Part shown: positions 31,432 to 40,818 of the stretch, piece after piece
How positions within the stretch are numbered: position 1 is the stretch's first letter
Layout of the letters: every line of letters starts with the position of its first letter
NCBI GenBank assembly: GCA_963775425.1
Contig: CAVZJB010000003.1
Span: 224,001-288,000, forward strand
Direction: 5' to 3'
Origin: an uncultured delta proteobacterium
GTDB taxonomy: Bacteria; Myxococcota; UBA727; VGSZ01
Length of the DNA: 64,000 nucleotides
Translations under genes and position numbers: made by a program
The notes under the pieces: generated by a model
Databases searched by the model: none
What the model was told of the DNA's origin: nothing
The model's input: the letters and a program-made list of their open reading frames with translations, nothing else

Positions 31432-34406
31432 ATGAACGAGGAGGACGTCAAGGTCCACCTCGTTATGCCGCGGTTACAGGAATGCGGCTTCACGCAGGAA
31501 GAGCTGCACCTCGAGGCGACGTTCACGCTCCGCGCCGGCCGCTACACCTTGAATGTCGGCGGCAAGGGCGCTCCCCGCGCGCACCACGTGCGGGCCGACA
31601 TCCTCGTCCTGCGGGCGGGCAAGCCGCTCATGATCGTGGAGGTAAAAGCCGACCACGTCGATCTGTCGGCGGACGACGATCGGGACCAAGCGGTGTCCTA
31701 TGCACGGCTTCATGATCCGATGTGCCCGGTCGCAGCGTTGACAAACGGCAAGCGGTGGCGGTTTTTTGACACGGTCTCAAAGAAGGAGATTTCCGCCGAT
31801 GATGTGAAGGCGTCGACAGCACTGACCATCACGCTCGAGGACGAGCTTCGGAGGGAAGCCCTCATACAATTTGTCGGTTACTCGAAGGAGAACCTCGCGG
31901 CTTTCTGCGCCGAGCAGGTTCGTACCGCTGTCGCACCGTATCTCGCCGGTCTCGATGGCACGCTGCCGCTGTTTATTCCGTCGCTCTACGTCCTGCCCGG
32001 AGCGATGCGTGACGCCTGGGCGAAGTTTGTCGAGGGGTCACAGCGGGGGTTGCTCGTCAGCGGAGGGAACGGGTCTGGGAAGTCGGCATGGATGGTTCAT
32101 GCGTCGACGTCGCTGACCGGTCAGGGAAGACCTTGTCTCTTCTACCGCGCGCATCTCTTGAGCGACGGATTCATCGCCCGCCTCGCTTCTGACCTCGCCT
32201 GGGCCTTGAGTCCGAACCTCTCGAGCGATGCCGCCGGTCGCCGCTTCGCGAACACCCTGAGGGGCGCGCAGCTTGTTGTCTTCATCGACAGCGCTGACGA
32301 GGCGAGCGAGGAGCTCACGAGAGCTGCGCTGAACGAGCTCGTCGAGAGATTTCCGGCTAACGTGCGCTTCGTCGTTGCGTGCAAGTCGACGCGGGTCGCG
32401 CCGCTCGGTCGCGACCCCGATGGATTAGACGCGGCGTGGTTCCAAAGCCTGGGAGATTGAGAAGGCGTGGACCCGAGCCTCCTCGACGAGACGGAGTTTT
32501 GGACGCTCGTGCAGCGGCACCAACGTCACTTCGGGGTGTTTCCGCTGTTCAGCGGCCGGCTCCGAGCCGAAGCACGACGGCAGCCGAGCCTTCTGCGCCT
32601 CATCTTCGAGGTCTCCGCACAGAGCCGCAATGACTTGGCCGCTCACAACTCCCGTGAGTTCTTCAAACGATACGTCGACAAGCGCTTCGAAAGGTTCCAG
32701 CACAGCGCCGACGCGCTGCGACGTCTGACGGACCTCGCCATGAAGATGTTCGACGAGAACACGGAGATGGTCGACGCCCAAGATGCTATGAAGACAGTGG
32801 ATGAACCGACTCTCCGACGTGCGGCGGACGTCGGGCTGGTCGAGCAAGTCCACGGCCAAGACGGGCGCCCACAGGTGCGCTTCCGCGAGTCGCGAGTGCG
32901 GAACTACCTCGTCATCTCAGAGGGCCATCGCTGGCTCTCGAAGACGGCGGATGTGCTTGAGACCGATGAGGTCCTTCTTAAGATCACGGGCGGCGTGCAG
33001 CTTGAAGCGATGGAGCTTCTGTACCTGCTTGCGGACGAGGCGCAGAAGGTCGTCTTCGACGGGGATGCACGCAAGAACGCGCGCAAGGCTCTCTCGATCT
33101 TCGATGGCGCTGTTCGCGCCGTCTGTCCCGATCTCGGTGATCGTTTTGTCCCACCCCTCGGAAAGCGCGCGTTCGTGGGCTACATCGACGTGCGGCGTGG
33201 GGCGCTTTTCGCGGTCGGCTTCATTCCGCGGGAAGGCGACGACGTGTTCTTCTGGCCGCGGACCCGCGGAATCTTTGAGGACCGAACCGCGATGTTTCTC
33301 GGCGCGCGCAAGTTCTCGTCAAGGGCAGATGGCTTCCTCGATGAGGCAAAGGCTGCACATTTCGCGTTCTGGGAGACGTTCAAGGCAGAGCTGCACGGAA
33401 GTGGTCGAAAACGGCCGGCTCGACGAGTCAAAGTGTGCGCCCATGCTCTCGGAGCTCGCGACGGTGCTTGCGGCCGCGCTCGAGCTCGTTGAGCCCGCGC
33501 AGCGCGGTTTCCCGACCGTCGCAAAGACCGATATTGGCGCTATTCGCGTCGCTCTCTGGCGGAAGCGCGCGTATGAGAACTACTTGGCCGAACACATGCC
33601 GCGGGACGAGACCCGCAGCGGCAGCTCTGTCGTCGTCACACGCCATCTGACGCCTGATGTTCACAGCGCGGCTCTAGCGCACGCTGAATCGCTACCACTT
33701 GACTTCAGCGAGCTGCCCCCCGCTGAGGATCGGACGACCGCGACAGCGATGGAGGACGAGCTGCAGAGCGACGCTCGCTCACCTTGAAGCGCTCGGCGAA
33801 ACGAGCATCGAGAGCATCTTGCCGGCGTCGGATCAGAACGGTGCTCACATCTGGGAGCTTTGGAAGGAGCCGACGTTCAAAGCGGCCGCGGTACGGTTGA
33901 CGCAGCTGCGCATTGAGTGCGTGGAGAATATCGTTCATGCGAGCTTCTCTCCCGACATCGCCAAGCGCATCCTCGGTGCCACGACGACGGCCCTTTGCAG
34001 GCAGGACTATCGTGAAGGAACAGTTGAAGAGCTGCGTGTAACAACAAGCGCTGCGCTTCCCCGCGTAGTGGCGTTCGACGAGCGCCAAGAGGTCAAGCTG
34101 GCTCCCGACGGACGGACCGGAACCTTCCGGGGCGTGGAGATTCGCGACGTCGAATATTCATCAGCGACCTTTGCATTCGTTGCGAACGCGCGGAGCGCGT
34201 TTCTTCCGCAATCCTGGCGCTTCAAGCGTGAGCTCTGCCCGCTTCGAGCAGCGGTGTACCGCTTCATCGTCGACCGCTTGCCGTCCGCGCTCGCGCCGAT
34301 CGGCAAGTCGCTTGGCGCTCCACCAACAAAGCGCTTGCGACTGACGTTGACGGGGCGACCGATTCCGCAGGATGTTGATGATGCCGATGACGACGAAGAA
34401 ACGTAG
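31432..34406 (+). pseudogene. HsdR-N-like PD-(D/E)XK nuclease fused to a STAND/NACHT-like P-loop NTPase, split across four frames
   Basis: MNEEDVK..VMPRL..CGF, RADILV..MIVEVKA, QAVSYA, LTNG; Walker A GGNGSGKS; Walker B VVFIDSADE. Continued by ORFs 32467-33492, 32801-33787 and 33699-34406. Confidence 0.7.
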
Positions 34407-35082
34407 CCGCGTTATCGAGGAAGTTCTGCTTCAGATCGCTGCATCGCGAGAAACCGAGGCGCCGGGGCCTCGCTCCTGCGTCCGTAGCCGCACTGCAACA
34501 GATTGCGGGGGAGGAGCGGGCCGGCTCAGTCCCCGTAGCCATCGCTTCCCGCCGGCTCAGTGCAGCAATCGCGTCATCTGTCTCGAGGTCCTCCTTCGAG
34601 AGATCAGATGTCGCCTTCGTGTTGGTGAGACGCGCCTTCAGGAACTTCACCAGATAGGTTTCGCCCGCGACCGCGTCGACTTTGGCGCGCTGGGCCACCT
34701 CAACGTTGCTGAAGTCCTGCTTTCCTTCGCGAAACAGCTCCATGACTGCGATGTAGACCCGCATGCCCTTGTTTGGCTGCTTCAGACCCTTCGAAGCCTT
34801 CGCGCGGTTGCACGCCATGCAAAGGACTTGCAGGTTCTCGAGGGCGTGGTTCTTGGCGTTCCCATCAACATGGTCAAAAGTGATGCGTCGGTGCGAGCCG
34901 CACTTGCTACAGCGGAAGTCAGCATCGACAACGAGTTTCCAGAGTTCCTTTGTCGTCGGCGCGGACTTTCCGTAGGTTTCGCTCTTGAGCCAAGATCCCC
35001 GAACCGCGCCTGGCTGCGGAGGGCCGAACGCAGACAGTAGCGCCGCGAGCACGTCGTCTTCATTGAGCTCAAGCAGCTTCAT
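34264..35082 (-). CDS. HNH endonuclease domain protein (ends uncertain)
   Basis: FRCSKCG..RITFDHVDG...NHALENLQVLCMACNRAK. The open frame overlaps the neighbouring gene end, so the true stop may be earlier. Confidence 0.8.
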   Translation of the reverse strand: MKLLELNEDDVLAALLSAFGPPQPGAVRGSWLKSETYGKSAPTTKELWKLVVDADFRCSKCGSHRRITFDHVDGNAKNHALENLQVLCMACNRAKASKGLKQPNKGMRVYIAVMELFREGKQDFSNVEVAQRAKVDAVAGETYLVKFLKARLTNTKATSDLSKEDLETDDAIAALSRREAMATGTEPARSSPAICCSAATDAGARPRRLGFSRCSDLKQNFLDNAATFLRRHRHHQHPAESVAPSTSVASALLVERQATCRSARARTASGRR

Positions 35083-35205
35083 GAATTCGAGTGACTCGTT
35101 CCACGGTGTCCTCGCTTTCTTCGGCCGCGACCGATGACGATGCTCTACGTTGGGTATCACGCAGGCGACGACGTCGCACTCAGCTCGCGACGGATCGCGG
35201 CACGC

Positions 35206-35232
35206 AGTTCGAAAAACCTCAAGCCGGGCGCG
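35206..35232 (+). other. att-like site 1
   Basis: AGTTCG-AAAAACCTCAAG-CCGGGCGCG; minus strand reads RARLEVFRT. Confidence 0.75.
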
Positions 35233-35405
35233 TTCGTGTTCTTCTGCGCGCGCAAAGCGCTTGGGGAGAAACGCCGTTTCTCCCCCGTCGCGGGCGGAGC
35301 CCGACGACGGCTCCCCCTCTTCCCCCGTCGCTGTGGCTCCTGCCTCCCTCCGGTCGGCCTCGTTCAGGGGCGGAGGCTCGTTCGAGCTTCGCCGTCGCGA
35401 CCCTG

Positions 35406-35438
35406 GTCTGAGGGGGGCAGGCGTCCCGCCTGTCACGG
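35406..35438 (+). repeat. Left 33-bp REP-like inverted repeat of the RAYT gene
   Basis: GTCTGAGGGGGGCAGGCGTCCCGCCTGTCACGG, exact reverse complement of 35981-36013. Confidence 0.9.
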
Positions 35439-35491
35439 GCGTCCCATGCGGATCAGGCGAGATCTCGCGCAAGAAGATCGAGCTCGGTCGG

Positions 35492-35986
35492 ATGTTCATT
35501 GTGGACACAGACGCGCGCCGCCCAACCCTACATCGACGACGGCTCCCTCACTTCGTCCCGCCGCAGACCGAGCGCGGACAGACTTACACTTCGTCACATG
35601 GCGCGTGCGCCGAGGCGTGGCACATCTCAGTCCTGACGAACGAGGCCGCGTCCGCGCGGCCATCAATCATTGCGATGCCATGCGCTACGAAGTCCACGCA
35701 GCCGTCGTCATGGACGATCACGTGCACGTGCTGTTGACGCTACTCGCTGACCACACGCTGAGCCGCGTGCTCCACACCTGGAAGTCGTTCACGGCGCACG
35801 AGCTTCAGAAGCTCGGCCGTCGCGGGAGCGTTTGGCAGGATGAGTCCTTCGACCGCACGATCTTCAGCGCGGCGGAGCCTCGAGCAGAAGGCAAGGTACA
35901 TCGCGGCGAATCCGACGAAACGATGGCCCACCTTGTCCGGCTATCTGTGGGTGCAGTGTGTGGTCATGTTCACCAACGATCCGTGA
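35492..35986 (+). pseudogene. REP-associated tyrosine transposase (RAYT/TnpA-REP, HUH Y1), two frameshifts
   Basis: RRRLPH, (TY)FVTW, VMDDHVHVLL (HUH), WKSFTA, VWQDESFDR, ARYIAANP catalytic Tyr. Shifts near 35588 and 35878. Confidence 0.88.
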
Positions 35987-36054
35987 CAGGCGGGACGCCT
36001 GCCCCCCTCAGACGAACGATCAGTGACACGCGGGACGCGTGGCCCCCCTCAGAC
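35981..36054 (-). repeat. Right RAYT-flanking inverted repeat plus a second degenerate copy
   Basis: CCGTGACAGGCGGGACGCCTGCCCCCCTCAGAC at 35981-36013; GTGACACGCGGGACGCGTGGCCCCCCTCAGAC at 36023-36054. Confidence 0.85.
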
Positions 36055-36084
36055 GAGAGCTTCCGGCGTCATCAGGCGCAGCTC

Positions 36085-36111
36085 GGTTCGAAAATCCTCC
36101 ATCCGGGCGCG
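36085..36111 (+). other. att-like site 2
   Basis: GGTTCG-AAAATCCTCCAT-CCGGGCGCG; minus strand reads RARMEDFRTELRLMTPEALV-stop. Confidence 0.78.
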
Positions 36112-36262
36112 CGTTTCGAGCCCATTCGCGACGTCGGCTACGTCGACGACCCGTAGGGCGGGGGCTCGTCCCCCGCCTTTTCCGTCGGCGGGCGCGCGTG
36201 GGGATACGGGGGACAAGCCCCCGCCCTACGCACCGCGGTTCGCAAATCGTCACACCGGGCGC
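36103..36262 (+). repeat. Non-coding unit with inverted GTAG REP doublet, copy 1 (ends in att-like site 3, 36237-36263)
   Basis: Contains GTAGGGCGGGGGCTCGTCCCCCGCC ... GGGGGACAAGCCCCCGCCCTAC. Near-identical to 36993-37151. Confidence 0.88.
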
Positions 36263-36358
36263 GCTCTCCGATTTCGCCAACGACGTCGAGGGCTTGGCCG
36301 ACCCACGTGTCGACGCTTTCGAACTGAAGCCCGACGCGCAGCTTGCTAAGCTGATGGC

Positions 36359-36604
36359 GTGGCGAACGTAGAGCTTCTGAAGCGCATCAGCGTCGACCCT
36401 GCCGTCTGCGGTGGCCGGCCTTGTATCCGGGGGCACCGCATCTGGGTGTCGCTGGTGCTCGACTTCCTCGCCGACGGCGAGTCCGTCGACCAGATCGTCG
36501 CGAACTATCCCGGCATCGAGGCTGCGGACGTCCTCGCGTGCATCGCGTACGGCGCCGAGATGAGCCGGCTGCGCGAGGTCCCGCCGCGCCCCGCAGCAGG
36601 ATGA
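36359..36604 (+). CDS. DUF433 family putative antitoxin
   Basis: RISVDPAVCGGRPCIRGHRIWV..VLDFLADG...YP.I...DV.ACIAY. Confidence 0.9.
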   Translation: MANVELLKRISVDPAVCGGRPCIRGHRIWVSLVLDFLADGESVDQIVANYPGIEAADVLACIAYGAEMSRLREVPPRPAAG

Positions 36605-36966
36605 AGATCAAGCTCGACGAGAACCTCGGGCGACGTGGAGGGGCGGTCTTCCGCGTTGCGGGTCACGACGTCGACAGCGTCGTCGACGAAGGTCTCGCGA
36701 GCGCCGCCGACGATGCGGTGCGCGCGGCTGCGACGAGGGCGGAGCGCGTTCTCGTCACGCTCGACCTCGACTTCGCCAACCCGCTCCGGCATCCGCCGGC
36801 CGGGACGCCGGGGATCGCCGTGCTGCGGCTGCCGGAACCGCTTACGCCGTCCCTCATCGACGGCGCTGTCGTCGTGCTGCTCGGCGAGCTCGGCCGTGAA
36901 CCGATCGATGGCCGACTCTGGATCGTCGAGGTGGATCGCATCCGCATCTACGATCCCGAGAGCTGA
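36601..36966 (+). CDS. DUF5615 PIN-like putative toxin
   Basis: ATGA overlap. MKIKLDENL, GHDV, DDAV, VLVTLDLDF. Confidence 0.9.
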   Translation: MKIKLDENLGRRGGAVFRVAGHDVDSVVDEGLASAADDAVRAAATRAERVLVTLDLDFANPLRHPPAGTPGIAVLRLPEPLTPSLIDGAVVVLLGELGREPIDGRLWIVEVDRIRIYDPES

Positions 36967-36974
36967 AGGACAGC

Positions 36975-37001
36975 GGTTCGAAAAGCGTCAAGCCGGGCGC
37001 G
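36975..37001 (+). other. att-like site 4
   Basis: GGTTCG-AAAAGCGTCAAG-CCGGGCGCG; minus strand reads RARLDAFRTAVLQLSGS-stop. Confidence 0.78.
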
Positions 37002-37151
37002 CGTTTCGAGCCATTCGCGACGTCGGCTACGTCGACGACCCGTAGGGCGGGGGCTCGTCCCCCGCCTTTTCCGTCGGCGGGCGCGCGTGGGGATGCGGGG
37101 GACAAGCCCCCGCCCTACGCACCGCGGTTCGCAAATCGTCACACCGGGCGC
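36993..37151 (+). repeat. Non-coding unit with inverted REP doublet, copy 2 (ends in att-like site 5 = attR, 37126-37151)
   Basis: Differs from 36103-36262 by one indel and one substitution. Confidence 0.88.
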
Positions 37152-37165
37152 ACAGCTCAAGCGGC

Positions 37166-37640
37166 GGTTCGAATCCTGCCGGGCCCACAGCTCAAGCGCT
37201 CCTCGGCCGCGCGCCCGCTCCGGATAGGCCCAAGCACCGTCGGCGCGGGTGCGGATCGTCGTGCAGGGCGGTTCGAATCCTGCCGGGCCCACAGTTCAAG
37301 CGCTCCTTCGCCGCGCGCCCGCTCCGGATAGGCCCAAGCACCGTCGGCGCGGGTGCGGATCGTCGTGCAGGGCGGTTCGAATCCTGCCGGGCCCACAGTT
37401 CAAGCGCTCCTTCGCCGCGCGCCCGCTCCGGATAGGCCCAAGCACCGTCGGCGCGGGTGCGGATTGTCGTGCAGGGCGGTTCGAATCCTGCCGGGCCCAC
37501 AGTTCAAGCGCTCCTTCGCCGCGCGCCCGCTCCGGATAGGCCCAAGCACCGTCGGCGCGGGTGCGGATTGTCGTGCAGGGCGGTTCGAATCCTGTCGGGC
37601 CCACAGTTCAAGCGCTCCTCCGCCGCACGCCACCGTCGGC
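37166..37640 (+). repeat. Tandem 104-bp tRNA-3'-end repeats (4 full + 1 partial), right part of array
   Basis: GGTTCGAATCCTG(C/T)CGGGCCCACAG at 37166, 37270, 37374, 37478 and 37582; near-identical intervening sequence. Confidence 0.95.
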
Positions 37641-37696
37641 GAATGCGTGGCACATCGCGGCCGATCGGTGTGGCGGCCGTCGCCTCGAAAAGGAGC

Positions 37697-37907
37697 CGCG
37701 GCGTCGGCGGCCGGTCGGAGCCGTCGGCTCTGACGACGGGGCCCGGCACGCGACGGCTCCGGAGGCCGTCGACGCCGCGACTCTGGTGCCGCGTCATCCG
37801 GCAACATGTTCCGCGTGACGCAAGCGCGAGCTCCGCGAGCGGGCCCACGAAGGCGAAACGCCGAAGGGGGGGACCCGCGCGAAGCGCGGGGGGGCCGGAG
37901 GCCCGGC
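37697..37907 (-). repeat. ~215-bp palindrome-rich repeat element, copy 2 (inverted relative to 26337-26551)
   Basis: Same conserved blocks as copy 1 in reverse complement, with divergent linkers. Confidence 0.8.
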
Positions 37908-37974
37908 TGTTCGCGCGCGTCAGCGCGCAAGAGAGCGGCTTGACCACGTGGACGTCGTGCGCCAAGAGGCCTTC

Positions 37975-38717
37975 ATGCCCGAGATTCCCATCGCCGAGCA
38001 GTTGGTCCTGCTGGCCGAGCTCGCGAACGTCGACGCCAAGCACCGCGCCATCAGCGACAAGCTCGAGATGCTCCCCGCCGCCGCCAAGAAGGCGGACGCC
38101 GCCGTCGCCGCGCTCAAGAAGCAGGCGGACGACGCCGACGCGCGCAAAGACGCGGCGGACAGAGCGAAGAAGCAGGTCGAGGGCGAGATCCAGGACGAGA
38201 AGCTCAAGATCAAGAGGTGGGAGGCGCGCGCGCACGAGATTCGCGGCGAGCGCGAGCACGCGGCGCTCCTGTCCGAGATCAACACCGCCAAGCGCGTCAT
38301 CCACCGCCTCGAGGACACGCAGCTCGAGCACATGGAGGTCATCGAGGCGCAGACCGGCGCCGCCACGCAGGCCATGGCCAAGCTCGAGACGGCGTCCGCC
38401 GAGGCCAAGGAGGAGTGGCAGAAGGTCGAAGGCGACCTCGCCACCCTGCGCGGCGAGGGCGACGTCCTCGACGCCGCGCGCAAGGCGCTCCTCGAGAAGC
38501 TCCCCGCGCCCCTCGTCAAGCGCTACGACACCATCGCCGCCAAGCGACACGGCGTCGGCGTCAGCGTCATCTCGGGCGAGGTCTGCAGCATGTGCAAGCG
38601 CACGCTGCCGCCGCAGCTCTGCATCCAGGTCCGCAAGGGAGCCGTCCTCGAGCAGTGCCCGTCGTGCTCGCGGCTCCTCGTCCACGAAGAGATGATGAAG
38701 GCGCAGGAGCCCGCGTG

Positions 38718-38718
<1 letters not shown>
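37975..38718 (+). CDS. Coiled-coil protein with C4-type zinc ribbon (DUF164/CT398-like)
   Basis: Long coiled coil, then CSMC...LPPQ...CPSCSRLL. Confidence 0.9.
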
Positions 38719-39983
<1,265 letters not shown>

Positions 39984-40017
39984 CGGTTCGCCCCGGCCGC
40001 CGCTCACCGGCCGCCGC

Positions 40018-40344
40018 TCACATCAGGGTCGTGTCGAGGAACGCGCGCAAGGACGGCGCCCGCTCGTCGTCGACGGCCTCGCGGCACGCGGCGCTCGCCC
40101 GCTCGGCGAGCGCCCGCAGCTCGGCCCACGGCACGCGAAGCACGTGCACGAGATCGGGGAACAGCTCGGACACCTCGCTGCGCCACTCGGGCGCCGACGC
40201 GTCGAGGTGGTCCGGCCGCTGCAGATAGAGGTCGACGAAGCCGCCGTCGACGTCGACGACGGCCGCGGCCGACGCGACGTCCTCCGCGTACGCGGCGGGA
40301 TGGCGCGGCGGCGAGCCCTTGGCAACGCCGCCCGCGTCGCGCAT
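40018..40344 (-). CDS. Small hypothetical protein (start uncertain)
   Basis: ORF filling the glyA-nrdR gap with host-like codon usage in its 3' part. Confidence 0.4.
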   Translation of the reverse strand: MRDAGGVAKGSPPRHPAAYAEDVASAAAVVDVDGGFVDLYLQRPDHLDASAPEWRSEVSELFPDLVHVLRVPWAELRALAERASAACREAVDDERAPSLRAFLDTTLM

Positions 40345-40353
40345 ACAGGCGCC

Positions 40354-40818
40354 ATGAAGTGCCCCTTCTGCAACTCCGGTGACAACGGCGTCGTCGATTC
40401 GCGGGAGACGGAAGACGGGCGCGCCATCCGCCGCCGCCGCTCGTGCAGCGCCTGCGCCCGGCGGTTCACCACCTACGAGCGCATCGAGGAGCAGCTCCTC
40501 ACCGTCGTCAAGAAGGACGGCAGCCGCACCGCGTTCGACCGCAACAAGCTCACCGCCGGGATGAAGCGCGCCTGCGAGAAGCGGCCGGTTCCCACGCCCC
40601 GGATCGAGAAGGTCGCCGCCGACATCGAGCGGCGGGCGCAGGAGCTCGGCGAGCGCGAGATCTCGTCGCGCTGGTTCGGCGAGCAGGTGATGATCGCGCT
40701 GCGCGAGCTCGACGAGGTCGCCTACGTGCGCTTCGCCAGCGTCTATCGTTCGTTCCGCGACGTCGACGAGTTCGCCCGCGAGCTCGAGGCGCTGCGCCGG
40801 CCCGCGCCCGAGGCATGA
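40354..40818 (+). CDS. nrdR: Transcriptional repressor NrdR
   Basis: MKCPFC, VVDSR, IRRRRSC..C..RFTTYER, ATP cone, [13 protein letters not shown]. Confidence 0.97.
   Translation: MKCPFCNSGDNGVVDSRETEDGRAIRRRRSCSACARRFTTYERIEEQLLTVVKKDGSRTAFDRNKLTAGMKRACEKRPVPTPRIEKVAADIERRAQELGEREISSRWFGEQVMIALRELDEVAYVRFASVYRSFRDVDEFARELEALRRPAPEA

Larger units (their letters stand above)
27664..37151. mobile_element. LSR-encoding integrative island with cassette-like right arm, inserted in a tRNA 3'-end repeat
   Basis: Core CCGGGCGC at 27664-27671 and 37144-37151. The repeat-unit sequence stops at the left core and resumes after the right core (ACAGCTCAAGC). Visibly lower GC; LSR at the left end; defence-type cargo. 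Confidence 0.9.

Noticed and set aside
35206-37152. Classical integron attC array
   Set aside because: No tyrosine IntI and no RYYYAAC...GTTRRRY hairpin sites seen; the sites share a core with the LSR attL instead.
37166-37640. Possible CRISPR array (regularly spaced GGTTCGAATCC repeats)
   Set aside because: The intervening sequences are near-identical rather than unique spacers, the repeat is a tRNA 3' end, and no cas genes are in the window.
37157-37930. Small ORFs such as MGPAGFEPP... and MRIVVQGG...
   Set aside because: Translations of the tRNA-derived repeat, not genes.
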